From positions 46,418,137-46,482,136 of the forward strand of contig NC_057719.1 in NCBI RefSeq assembly GCF_004010195.1: DNA of 64,000 bases, in the 5' to 3' direction. This DNA comes from Chiloscyllium plagiosum. Lineage: Eukaryota. Under the pieces are notes generated by a model. That model was not told the origin of the DNA. It worked only from the letters and a program-made list of their open reading frames with translations, and ran no database searches. Positions 13,350 to 25,539 of this stretch are shown here, piece after piece; positions within the stretch are counted from its first letter, which is position 1, and each line of letters begins with the position of its first letter. The position numbers and the translations under genes are program-made.

Positions 13350-13950
13350 TGAAGACTGGACAACTGCTGCCAGGATACTGACTGCAATATTCTCTGTGTA
13401 TGGTCACCCATCAGGTTGATGTTGAGACAGTGGAATCTTGTTCAGTTGCTGTGCATCACATGGTTAGCTTGAGGTGCCCATTAAGCAATACTTCTGCAGT
13501 TCATGGAATCCTGCACATTGGGGAAGATCTGCAGATCCCGGTGAAACTTTGTGCTCGCCTCATTTGTCTCTCTCTACGAGGATGATGACTGCGGTTAGCT
13601 GTCAACATACAGATAGCATCAATGACGTCATGCAGAAGTGGTCAGCAACCCGTGATGTGTTGGAAAGATCCTCAGATTCAGCCAGGAAGGAACCATTTAC
13701 ATTAAGGCTCACTTTCATCGGTCATCTTCACCGTCACCAGCATTGCTGTCCTTGACTTTCTCTGCACTGCATTTGTGACTGCAGCAAGTGGCAGCTTTTA
13801 GTGAGGACCTTCTTACTGAAGATCAGACATCTCACACAATGGATTGAATCTTCACCTCTTAGAAGATTCTGCACTTTGGTACCATATGCAGATCCTTATC
13901 CAAATGGTGTCTGGTTCTGACCGTCCCAGCAATTTTTCCAAAAGCCACTT
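13350..13950 (-). mobile_element. PIF/Harbinger transposase remnant (HARBI1-like)
   Basis: Manual minus-strand translation gives CHLLQ...TAMLVTVKMT, FPNVQDSMNC, FHCLNINLMGDHTQRILQ and YPGSS, matching Harbinger DDE nuclease motifs. Confidence 0.7.
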
Positions 13951-14306
13951 CCTGGATCCCCTTTAAATTAGGGATAGAGGGTACACTCCCATGACGGAGA
14001 GCCTGATGCTGTGGATGGTCAGCAATCCCACTGGGAGAGGTGGGCATTGCTGATATCCGTGGGGTACTATGAAATGCCTTAAAGTACAGGAACCTTCTGA
14101 AGATTTGTTAGGTAGTGGAAGGTAAGTGAGGCCATAACCACCAGGCCAACTATGTAAGGGACAGCCTGTGACCAAATCAGTAGCCCTGCTTCATCCACTC
14201 AGGGAGGCTGGGGAATGGAAACTGCTTCAATCACCTGCCGAGCTTTGGTCACAGTGGGTCCTATCCACCATCATAAAAATGCTGACAGAGTCACCAATTT
14301 GTCCCG

Positions 14307-14589
14307 TTAGATTCCCTACAGTGCGGAAACAGGCCTTTTTGGCCCAGCCAGTCCACATCGATCCTCCGAAGAGTAACCCACCCAGACCCATTCCCCCTAA
14401 CTAATGCACCTAACTCTACAGGCAATTTAGCATGACCAAATCACCTAACCTGCACATCTTTGGATTGTGGGAGGAAACCCACACAGACACGGGGAGAATG
14501 TGCAAACTCCACACAGCCACCCGAAGCTGGAATTGAACCCGGGTCCCTGGCGCTGTGAGGCAGCAGTGCTAACCACTGTGCCACCGTGC
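14307..14589 (-). mobile_element. HE1-type tRNA-derived SINE
   Basis: Minus strand begins gcacggtggcacagtggttagcactgctgcctcacagcgccagggacccgggttcaattcc (A and B boxes) and ends in a CR1-like 3' tail. Confidence 0.9.
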
Positions 14590-17399
14590 TGATAATAAGT
14601 AGCTACCCACTGCTGTCAGGTAGGCATGTGATTCTGGACAGACCACATCTTTAACTAGACTGCTTGGAAGCAAGAATCCCTCAGGAAGACTGTCCCATTA
14701 ATGTAAATTTATCCCTATCTTTCTGCAAAACCTGTGTCTGTGTGATTAGGAAGGTTCTGCTCATTGTTTCTCCTGAGACTCATTCAAGGGAATTATTGCC
14801 TGCATACTCTGGATGGATGTAGCATCCTGATGATTGCCCTTTTCCTCCCTCTTTTCCTCCCTCTTTCAGCACCTCTTCCTGCTTTGCATGGTCTCTGTCT
14901 ATTCTCTGAGTAATGTGTTCTCAGGGAAATTACTGCTTGTACATCCAGGTCTGGATGATAGTTTTTGTGCAAATGCTTTGAACTCTGTAAAAGTGTTACT
15001 CAACATTAATGAAGACCTTAAAAAAATTATAGACAACATCAAACACTCTTAAAATTATAGCCACAGCCTGAAGAAATCAACCAGCCATGAAGTTGCAAGT
15101 AGTTGGTTGAATATGGCTGGTGGTGGTTTCTTCCTAATATTGAATGTGTGTTCTACTGTGTGAGACTAAGAGACAGTGGTACACTGGGCTTTAAGACGCC
15201 ACCACTGACATCAAATCAGTATGTGCACTGATACTTGTCATGGCCTGTTCTGCTCTGGACATTTACTGTTTACTGCTAATGCCCTTACCAATATAGTCTC
15301 TGGTGCAAGTCTCCACAAAATTGTACCCATAATTTGCAGAAGGCATTTGGATAACAAATAACGCCTTCAGTATTAAATGATAGTCACTGCTGATCTGAAT
15401 TTTACACCAAACGTTTCTTCTGCAGACCATGAACCCAGCTCAGGCAGATTTGGGAGACTATTGAGTTAATATATTTCTTGTAACAAGTTGAGAAATTGCT
15501 ATTTTACCGGGAACCCCATCAGATTGAGGAATGTGCTGCTGCTGCTGTTTAGCCAGAGGTATTTCTGTGTGGGTGTTAAATGGTGGAGAAAGTGGGTCAG
15601 AGCTCAAAACATATGTTGAATTTGACAATAGATCACTGCCTCTTTTCCCATGAAGGCCATTTTTACAACGTTCTTTTGTGAAAGCCACTGAAATGTTTGA
15701 AAAGTGATTTAAAAATAGGTACATCACTCAATAAGTTATTTTTATTAAATTGAGCCCATCATCCTACAATAAGACTTTATAAATTTGCGTGTAACACAAG
15801 CCAGGCTGAAGAGCTGTAAGGTAACCCATGGAACTACCCCTGCTGGTTTAGTTAATAAACTTGGCAATTCTCTCACAAACATACCAGGAGGAAATGGATG
15901 CCTACATACAGAGACACTAGCTTTTTTTGATTTGAAGTGATGGAAGATAGTTAAAGAATAAACTAAAGACATTATAAATGGAAACACTGTTTGCACCAAG
16001 AGTGTCTGGTAGAGGACATACTATAAAAGATTTTGGTCTTGTTATACCGATTAGAAAATTTATTTATTTTTATAAATAAAAACCCGGAAGTGCTGGAAAC
16101 ACTCAGCTGATCTGGCAGCACCTGAGGTAACTAGGATACATTTATTCCAAAGGTATCCATGTTATTTTTATGAATTTAATGGAAAATGTAAATTCTTTGG
16201 AAATGAATATGTGGTTGATGCCATTGATACTTATATTTAGAGTCCAATTATCTAGAGAAACAAATATTGTTGACTGAATGGCTAAACCAAAGATGGCAGC
16301 AGAGAAAATTCAAGTCCCCTAATCTCTTTGACTGTGTGTTGAGGGCTTTAAAAGTTTAGTGAAGGCTGAATTCTCATTTGAAAACTGTGTGATGAACGTG
16401 TATTTCCACTGCTATCTTCGATTGTGCCTCTCCGCTGCTTTGTTTACAGTCAAGAATTTCTGTTTTGCAAAACGGACATTCCTGATGACACTGGGGTTTT
16501 AAAGGCCGTGTGTGTCACCAGAAGTTTGTGGCTGGAAGCCAAATTCTCCTGCTCACAAAAAAAATTAATTGCATGCTGATGTTGCTGCTCACAAGTGTAG
16601 CCAGTTCACTAATACCTTGTCTGAAGTGCCAGCTAACTGCAGTTCACCAATGCTTTTAAATCGCAGTTTGATTTAGCTCATTTTTAAGAATGTCTTTATG
16701 TTTAAAGTAAAAAAAAAGGCAGATTTAATCTGTCGTCTTTGATGTTATTAAATTGGCTGCCTGAGAAGCAATGTCAGCTTGCAAAGAATTCAGCGAAGAG
16801 GAGTTTATGAGTGGAAAACCTAAATTCCAGTCAAGACCATGCCTCTGATTTTTACTGAAACCAAAATTTAGCAATCTAACAGCTTGCACTGGCACTGTAC
16901 AATTGCCACATTAATACCTAACCCTGGTATTTATTGTGGGATAGAAAATTTTTGGAACAGATGCAAATTGTTTGGATTAATATGGTCACATAATGTTGTG
17001 AATGCCACATGTGTGTCCAAGATATTACCCTTCAGAAATGAACGCTGGAATTGCTAGACAAAGAGAAAGAATCATCTAGCTCACTGTCTTCAGAGTGGGC
17101 ACATAATATACTAGTGTATAAATCTGAGCAATCAATCTCTATCAAATAGTTTACAGCACATCTAGCCATTGATGGAAGGATTTGGGAAGGTCTATAGATC
17201 ATATCATAAACATAGATCCTCCTAAGCATAGCATGCTTACGATATTCCATGTCTTTAATTATTCCAAGATGCTGTTTTCCAAAATAATGATGCATAAGAT
17301 CACTTGGGGTGTTGTGAAATGATGACAACTCAGGGGAAATGTGGTCACCTCTCAGTGGAAAGCCTACCTACATAGGGGAGCATAAGAATATACAATAAT

Positions 17400-18500
17400 G
17401 TAGCTGCTGTAAGGAATTAGATAATTGGAGATAGATTGGAATTTTTCCAATCAAGATGTGAATTCTGAAAGGTGTATTGCCTTCCTGGTTCCAGAGTAAA
17501 GGGCATCAGTGAATTTGTGGAGAACATTCTATGAGGGTGGGGGAAACAAACGGAGTTGTGCTTCATGTTGGAAAAGAATTGCATTCCTAGAGGAAGATTT
17601 TCAGAAATATAATTTTAAGAATTCCAAGTTTAAGGAAAGGACTTCAGAGGTAATCAGCTTCTTTCATTTTTAAATGAAGCACTGTTGGAAATTTCTTCTG
17701 ATTTGAAAGAACTTAGATTTTAATTTAAAAAAGGATTGACTCCATCATCTGGTTGGTCAGTGTCCCATCTGTGGATCCATATGGCTGTCTGTACACACAG
17801 AAGATGATCCTGCTGATTGTCTGAGTTCTTTGATGGAAAGCAGGGAGCCTTTAAATTTGTAGCCGTGACTGACTCCCTGATAATGATGTAATGCCTCAGT
17901 CATTTGACCAACCTTTACGTCTGAGCAAGGAGACCTCTTCACACTGATACTTGCCTATCTTGCCACCAAACAAGGTATGTGAGAAGCAGGAAGACATGGC
18001 AGATAAATGTGTGGTTAATGGAATGGTGAGAGGGAAGGTTCCAATTTCTAGGGCCTTGTAAACAGTTCTATGACAGCTTACACCTAAATAGTATTGAAGG
18101 TAATCTTCTCAATAGGGGGTTAACCAGTGCAAAGGGGATGGTCCCAATTAATATGGCAGAGGGAAGGGAACCAGGATGTAAAAGCAAAGAGGGGAGACAT
18201 AGTGCAAAAAGTGCAAACAGCAGGGGAATAAAGAGTAAGGTACAAAGAATTAGAATTTGATGGAGGTAAAAAAGGGGAATGTGGCTCGTATGGTGTTGGA
18301 ATGCAAGTGGATTTATGTGAGGAATGTTACAAATAAGATTGATGAGCTGCAGGCGCAAGTTGTCAGATGAGTTTAAGATATAGTGGAAACCTGGCTTAAA
18401 CGCAGGCCACAAAGCATTTAGGAGGGATACGGCGAGAGAAGAGAAAGTAGGAAGGGTGGCGGCATTGGTCGGGGATAATGAGCTGGAATTTATGTTCTTC
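17400..18500 (+). mobile_element. Old CR1 ORF1 (esterase-like) and ORF2 endonuclease start, interrupted by an inverted duplication
   Basis: Reads KVYCLPGSRVKGISEFVENIL, VVLHVG and RTSEVI, then resumes after 17972 with QINVWL, LHLN, NKIDELQAQ and IVETWL. Confidence 0.7.
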
Positions 18501-18879
18501 AGTGAGATGAGAGAGGCAAAGAAACTACTCAATCCTAGTCCTGCTGTCCTAACTAATTATTGGCTGTTTGGTGGCAAGATGGCCAACTATCAGGTCTCCT
18601 TGCTCAGACGTAAAGGTTGGTCAAATGACTGAGGCATTACATCATTATCAGGGAGTCAGTCACGGCTACAAATTTAAAGGCTCCCTGCTTTCCATCAAAG
18701 AATTCAGACAATCAGCAGGATCAGCTTCTGTGTGTACAGACAGCCATATGGATCCTTAGGTGGGACACTGACCAGCCAGATGATGGAGTCAATCCTTTTT
18801 TTAATTAAAATCTAAGTTTAGATCTTTCAAGTCAGAAGAAATTTCCAACAGAGCTTCATTTAAAAATGAAAGAAGCTGA
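17654..18879. repeat. Inverted duplication, arms 17654-17972 and 18565-18879
   Basis: Arms are reverse complements with roughly a dozen substitutions and two small indels. The ORF track shows near-identical peptides on opposite strands (17757..17942 minus, 18568..18759 plus). Confidence 0.95.
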
Positions 18880-19529
18880 AGTTGTAAATGTGAGAGACCT
18901 GTGCCACTCAATTCTCTGTCACTTTATTTAAAAGATAAAAAGAACATAAGTTCCTGCAGTGCTGATTTTTAAAAAGGCAGCAAAATGGTCCTGAAAGTGC
19001 AGCTATAAAGTTCTCCTGGAAGAAAATTAAACTTTTCAAATACTAAAAATGCATTTTTCTACACTGTGAAGGATGCCCTTTGTTGAGACCTTGATTGGTT
19101 TACCATTTGCTTACTTCAAATCACTGTCAAAATAAAAATAATAGCCAGCAAGACAATTCACTCCTGATTTAGTGCAATTGCCATCGAGAGGCTGAAACCT
19201 GCTACTACAAGTCTGAAACTTTTCACCTATAAACCTGTAATTGGAAAAACTGCAGTTTTAAAGGGGCTAAGACCAGTAATGATGAAAAGTAAAAGGAAGC
19301 AGAAGGAGAAAATCAAAAAATAAAAGAGAGATAAGCAAGATTAGTTATAGAAATAAACAAACATTGCACAACACTCAAACTGGTTAAAAAAGAGTAAAAG
19401 TCTGCAACAAAAAAGGCAAACACTTCATTATGGACTGAGCAACCAAAGAGATATTACTGTGCTAAAATTTTTAAACACTCCCTTCAGATTTAGTTTATAA
19501 TCCTGCTTGCCATTGTCAAGGAAAAGCTT

Positions 19530-19656
19530 TGATGTGGAGGTGCTGGTGTTGGACTGGGTGGACAAGGTCAGAAGGCACAAAACACCAGGCTATAGGCCAA
19601 AAGGTTTAGTTTAAATCACAAGTTTTTGGAGCATAGCCCCTTGTCAGGTAAAGTGT
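19530..19656 (-). mobile_element. Older PLE pseudo-LTR fragment related to family B
   Basis: gatgtggaggtgctggtgttggactggg...acaccaggctatagg, with a decayed core acctgacaaggggctatgctccaaaa on the minus strand. Confidence 0.6.
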
Positions 19657-19809
19657 AAAGCTTACAGAATTGATACATTGGGTTTTTCCATGGACGATCA
19701 TAAAGATCCAAAACAAAGGTAGAAAGTTCTCAAGGTTCAGCTAAAAGTAATAGAAATAGTGGCAGAAACCCCAAGAGACCATTGACCAATTTGTCAGAAA
19801 GTGCTTGAG

Positions 19810-20870
19810 CCAATTACCACCCAATCAGTCTATTTTTGATCATCAGTAAAGTGATGGAAGGGATCATCAACAGTGCTATCAAGCAGCAATTGCTCAGCAA
19901 TAGCCTGCTCAATGTCACTCAGTTAGGGTTCCTTCAGGGCCCCTCAGCTCCTGACTTCATTACAGCCTTCGTTCAAACTTGGACAAAAAAACAAACAAGC
20001 TCCAGAGTGAGGTGAACGTGCCGTTCACATCAAGGTCAAGTTTGACTGAGTGTGGCATCAAGGAGCCCTAGCAACACTAGAAGCAATGGGAATTGGAGAA
20101 AACACACCACTGTTTGGATCCATACTTAGCACAAAGGAAGAGGCTTGTTGATGTTGGAATTCAGTCATATCATCTCCAGGACATCCCTGCAGGAATTCTT
20201 CAGAACAGTGTCAACCATCTTCAGATGCTTCAACAATAACTTTCTTCATCATAAAGTCAGAAGTGGGATGTATACAGATGACTGCACATTCAGCACAATT
20301 GAGAGTCCTCAGATACTGAATCAGTCTATGTCCACACGAAGCAAGACCTGGATAATATTCAAGCTTCAATTGACAAATAGCAAGTAACAGTTGTGTCAGT
20401 CAAATGTCAAGCAATGATCACCTCCATCAAGTGAGAATTTAACTATCATCTATTGAACATTCAATGACATTGCTCTTACTAAATCACTTATTACCAATAT
20501 TCTGGAAGCTCCCATTGACTAGAAATTGAACTGGTTCACGATATAAATGTTGTCACCAAAAGAGCAGGTCAGAGGCTAGGAACACCACAGTGGGTAACTC
20601 ACCTCTTGACTCTCCAAAACCTGTCCACTACCAGACAAACATCAGATGAGTGATGGAATACTCCCCACTTGCCTGGATGGTTGGAGCTCCAACAATGCTC
20701 AAGAAACTTGACAACATCCAGGACAAAGAAACATGTGCGATTGGCACAGCATCCACAATCATCCACTCACTCCACCATAACAATGTGAACCATGTACAAG
20801 ATGCACTGCAGAAATTCATTAAGGTTATCCAGATAATACCTTCCAAATTCAAAACCACTACCATCTAGAA
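19810..20870 (+). mobile_element. Older non-LTR retrotransposon RT fragment (CR1/L2 group, distinct family)
   Basis: NYHPISL..IISKVMEGIINSAIKQQLLSNSLL, MYTDDCT and MEYSPLAW..APTMLKKLDNIQDK. Confidence 0.75.
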
Positions 20871-21102
20871 GGACCCTTAACTGTCCTCTGAAATCGCCCT
20901 AGCAAATCACTCTGTCCATTGGTCAAATTACGGATAGGAGAAAGTGAGGTCTGCAGATGCTGGAGATCAAAGTTGAAACTTCATCTAGAAGGACCCTTAA
21001 CTGTCCTCTGAAATCGCCCTAGCAAATCACTCTGTCCATTGGTCAAATTACGGATAGGAGATCAGTGAGGTCTGCAGATGCTGGAGATCAAAGTTGAAAC
21101 TT
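20862..21102 (+). repeat. 120-bp tandem duplication spanning a PLE insertion junction
   Basis: 20862-20981 is repeated at 20982-21102 almost exactly. Confidence 0.95.
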
Positions 21103-21183
21103 TATTGCTGGAACAGCACAGCAGGTCAGGCAGCATCCAGGGAACAGGGGATTCGACGTTTCGGGCACAGGCCCTTCTTCAGG
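21059..21183 (-). mobile_element. Young PLE pseudo-LTR fragment (family A)
   Basis: CpGs retained. 13-bp TSD aattacggatagg at 21046-21058 and 21184-21196. Confidence 0.8.
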
Positions 21184-21186
21184 AAT
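21151..21186 (-). ncRNA. Minimal type I hammerhead ribozyme motif with an intact core
   Basis: AUUC-CUGAAGA-A-GGGC(CUGU)GCCC-GAAA-CG-UC^GAAU: stem I AUUC/GAAU, stem II GGGC/GCCC, palindromic ACGU in stem III. Confidence 0.75.
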
Positions 21187-21295
21187 TACGGATAGGCTTT
21201 GCATGCTGGCCCACCCACCAATGCTCACAGTGCATGAATGTACTGGTAGGCCCTTCATACTGCCAGGACTCAGCCTTGCTCTGGGGTTAGTATCA

Positions 21296-21570
21296 CAGAA
21301 TCTTAGAATCCCTACAGTGCAGAAGCAGGCCATTTGGCCCATCGGGTCCACACTGACCCTACAAAGAGCATCCCAACCAGAACACCCCTGTTACCCTCCA
21401 TTTCAGATGGCCAATTCACCTAACCTACACATCTTTGCACTGTGGGAGGAAACCAGAGCACCCAGACAATGTGGGGACAATGTGCAAACTCCACACAGAC
21501 AGACACCCAAAGGAGGAATTGAACCTGATTCTTGGAGCTGTGAGGCAGCAGTGCTAACCACTGAGCCACA
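21296..21570 (-). mobile_element. HE1-type SINE
   Basis: gtggctcagtggttagcactgctgcctcacagc head on the minus strand. Confidence 0.85.
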
Positions 21571-21744
21571 AAATAAAAACTTCACTGCTTCCTTAGCAGC
21601 TTATTAGCCAGAAAACCTGCCAGCCTTACCTAGTTTGACCAACATCCTGGGCACACATTAAATACCTGGGCACACGTTTCTTACTCAGCTAGGTGCCTTA
21701 TGGAGATTGAATTTTCAGAAACTTCCTCTGAGTGTTTATTGTAC

Positions 21745-21910
21745 TTACCTTGCTAGAGCAAAGAAGATCATTGAAGTCTTCCTGCACTGGAGCCAGTTCT
21801 TCCTCACCACGTGTTCTCACTTTCTCTAAGACATCTAACCAAGCCTGCTCAGGATGGGAAAGCCATCCTCCAATAGGATGCCTTACTTCCCTCCCTCACT
21901 GTCTCCAGGT
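21745..21910 (-). mobile_element. Harbinger Myb/SANT-like ORF remnant
   Basis: Minus strand reads AWLDVLEKV...EDFNDLLCSSK followed by a gtaagt donor, resembling the KRFNDL end of Myb/SANT domains in Harbinger elements. Confidence 0.45.
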
Positions 21911-24194
21911 TGGTAACAAATGTTCCAATTCTGTGTCTTTCCTGCATTAAGTTATGCAGCAATTCGATCTATAAAAGAGCAGCCAAGGTAAGATGGTCTG
22001 TTTAAATTTGCTCCGATCAGAGTCCAACCTCTATCCCTGTCCCCATGATCACCCAACATTCCAGCCAATTAACTTTCCTATGAGAACCAGGAGTTGTGAC
22101 TGCTTTCCCTGACTCAGGGGTGGACTCAGGATCTGGGAACAGTCCATTCCGACCCCTGGAAGGGAGATGATGCCCAAGCTGCACCTTTCTTTTACTGCAC
22201 CTTCCCTTTTAGATGCGTCTTAAAAACATTAATATTATCAAAAGTATTATCTTCATGGAAATTTAGTTATTAATATCATTTATGTTTTATAAAAACAAAT
22301 CCTGGGTTTTCTCAAGTGGGAAAGAAATGAATAATTAACATGTACATCAGTAGAAAAGGGGCGCTGTAGCATACTTCTTGTCATGTTTACATGACTTGTG
22401 ACCTCCTGCAGTCACTTAAGAGGTCAGTAAAGTGGGCTGACAGACTTCAGAGGCAATTAAGTAAAGTTACAGGTTCTATGTATGGCTGCTAGCTAGACCT
22501 ACTAGTATATTATGATTTCAGAATCCTTAATTTGTAACTGGCTATAACATTAATGAGATTTTTGAAGGTATAAAGACAGTTTTAAAATTGAATTGGCATC
22601 TTGTAAGAACATTATAAGGTAAGTAAACTAACTATACTATAAAGCGCTCATTCATCCATTTTATTTTCTGATACTTCAGTCATCATTCCACGTTATACAT
22701 TGTGAATTTACGGCACTGCAAATTTAGTTGCGTATATATTCTTATTTATCAATGTTCTTTTCTCTTTCCGAAATATTGACCTGTGAGATTGTTTTTTTGG
22801 CAGATTTGAAATATGGTAAAAATAGAATGAACAAAAAGGCAGTGGGCAATGAAACATTAAGATGTCAGTCTAACTGAATATATTCCAATGCAGATAAACT
22901 CTTTATGTAAGCAATAAGATTACTGTTTATGACATGCCCTTCCTGTTTCTACTGGAAAGAGTCTGTGGTATTGTACACACAGACTTTGTTAGACTGTACC
23001 CTTTACATTTTGGTAAGGTCTTTTATGGGAAAGTTCAGCTTTCATCTCATTTTGGCTCTGTACCCTGTTAACACAGCTGATGTGAACCTATCATATGCTG
23101 TTCTCATCAATCAGATCAAGGGAGTAGTAGAAACGTTTGAAGGGACAGCATTCAGCTACTAAATTTATTACTACATTTTTGTCATATTAGAGCCAGGCTC
23201 ACATGTTGTGTATAACACAGCCGTTGTCATTGAGACAAATAAATAGTTTGGCCTTTTGTTAAACTGTTGACTCTGCAAAGGCCTTCTGCCATTTGTTTAA
23301 AGTGGAAAAGCTAGACTTGGGTATAGTTTCAAAGATGCCACCAGGGATGAAAAAAAAATTGGTGAAACCCCCAAATCTAAAAGTTGCAACAGCTAATCAC
23401 AGTGTATGACCACGGGATGTCAGCAAGTTGGGAGGAGTTCATTTCTCTTGGATAATGATGTTACTTTAGATGGTGCTGAGAGCACAGTCATGAAAGTACT
23501 ACAGAAATAAATTGGACAAGACTGGTTTATGTTTTAATTTCTCAATTTTGTTTTCCTAGACAAGAAAGGAGCTGCCTGCAGACCAGATGCAAGCTTCATT
23601 TTCCTGCTTGTGTTGAGTTAACTAGGATTATGGCTGATATTGTTATTTGTCTCTCATTAAGGAGGGAAAGATCAGTTGGATTTCTTATTCCTTACCAAGA
23701 AGACTACTGATAATAAACATACATAGGTATCAGAATGAAGATAGGAAGGTGGACTTGATGGATAAGATCAGCACAGGAACTATTTAATGGCAAAGTGGAC
23801 ATGGGCTTAAAGAGCTAAAGGCCTGTTTCTAATCTTATATTTTTGTCCTTATGTTTTAATAGGATTTCATATAGGTACCCAATCCTCTTGTGTTACCAAG
23901 AGTATTGTAGAAAGAGGGATTCCTCTCAGTTTTTTCTCTTTCCTCCCTTCAGTTGTGCTTATTTCCCATCTTCAACCTCCTCTTTTTGTCTGCTCATGGG
24001 GGATACTCCTAGAACTTAGAACTTCTGACACAGTAGCTGCTGTGAAACCAACGCAAAGTTAATGAGCTCTCGGAGACCCAACAATGATAAGAGAAATGTA
24101 ATCACGTGTAATATGAATAATTTGATCAAGTGTCCTATGGGCAGACATCACATGAAGATGTCATGTGGCCAGAATGTCACATGATAAAACCTCC

Positions 24195-24642
24195 CAAAAC
24201 TGGAGAGAGTTCAGAATAGATTTATCAGGATGTTGCCAGATATGGAAGGTTTGAGTTAAAAAGAAAGGCTGAACAGGCTGGAACTTTTTTCGCTGAAGCA
24301 CAGGAGATTGAGAGATGACTTAATGGAAATTTATAAAATAATGACAGTATAGATAGACTTGACAGTAGTTGTCTTTTCTCTAAGATGGGGACACATTTTT
24401 AAGGTGAGAGGAGAAAAATTTTTAAAAAGAGGCAAATTTTTTATATAGCGGGTGGTTCGAGTGTGGAATGAGCTTCCTGAGGAAGTGGTGGATGTGGGTA
24501 CAATTTCAACGTTTAAAAGACATTTGGATAGATACGTGAATAGGAAAGGTTTGAAGATATATGGGCCAGAGTAGGCAGGTGGGACTAGTTTAGTTTGGCT
24601 TTGTGTTCAGAATAGTGCTGTATGACTCTGTGACTCTTTGAC
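24195..24642 (+). mobile_element. CR1 LINE 3' fragment
   Basis: ggagagagttcagaatagatttatcaggatgttgcc...gtgtggaatgagcttcctgagg...tgactctgtgactct tail. Confidence 0.9.
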
Positions 24643-25539
24643 TGGCTGAACCAGGGTTGCAACCCTAAATGTTGGTCAAACTAGGTAAGGTTGACAAGTT
24701 TTCAGTCTAATAAGTCTCTATGGAAGTAGTGACGTTTTATTTTGTTTTTATAGTGATCAATAGCAGATTTCTATTTCTAAATTAAGAGACAAGGGTAAAT
24801 GGAATTCACTCACCGTACTGAAATGAGAATGGGATTTACTATTAATTCTGTTACTGATTCAGCAACCCTCCCTGACATGTCAGCATGATGAGCCATTCTG
24901 TAGTTGTAGAGATTTAGATGCCTTCCCAAACTGCGAAATGATTGTCTGGAATCAATTTTCCTTTCTACACACGCAAAGGAGCTGACTCATTTTCAACCAA
25001 TCTATTTTAAACCATTACAGCCACCACGGGTGCTTGTCCAACTTCCAGTTCAGACAATGTGGCCTGGAGATGGCTTCTGCAGGGTGTGGCCCCTCCAGTT
25101 GGTGAAATCCAGCTTAGGCAGAAACATTTACAACTGGCACAAAAACATTGCTGTCAAGCCACTCGAGCATAGTCATCACGTTCAATTCTTTAACATTCAC
25201 TGGACACGGAGTTAAACAGCTCCTGGAGAGGCCCAGCTGGCTATGGCAGGGAGTAGCTGGCATAGGGCAGGCCACTAGTGGGATTTAGTTCAACTTGAAA
25301 TTGGATTTAATATAAAAATGGACTTGGAAGTATGTTTCATTGAAACTGCTGATGTAACAGCAGCTGTGTACTATTAAAAGTTGCTGATAGTATCATCCAG
25401 AGAAAGGGGAAAGAGTTAATTTTAAAAATAAATCCATCAATGTTAAATACTCTTCTCTCCAAAAGCTATTGATTCATAAGGCATTGATTCATAAGGGGAT
25501 AGTTTGTTGGTGCAGGCAACAGTTCCTATGAACCTCACA

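Larger units (their letters stand above)
21571..24744. repeat. Diverged inverted repeat of about 75 bp (21571-21645 and 24669-24744), about 3 kb apart
   Basis: ccttacctagtttgaccaacat and atgttggtcaaactaggtaagg form an exact 22-bp core; similarity continues with mismatches for about 50 more bp. Confidence 0.8.

Noticed and set aside
14520..14589. tRNA gene
   Set aside because: The A and B boxes are the head of an HE1-type SINE; the same applies at 21500-21570, 49257-49325 and 52020-52086.
18068..18532. 154-aa hydrophobic minus-strand ORF
   Set aside because: It is the antisense reading of purine-rich CR1 sequence.
17757..18759. Near-identical peptides on opposite strands as duplicated small genes
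   Set aside because: They are a by-product of the inverted duplication, with no recognisable domain or gene structure.
17654..18879. MITE or foldback transposon with long terminal inverted repeats
   Set aside because: The spacer continues the CR1 that lies outside the left arm, and I found no TSD.
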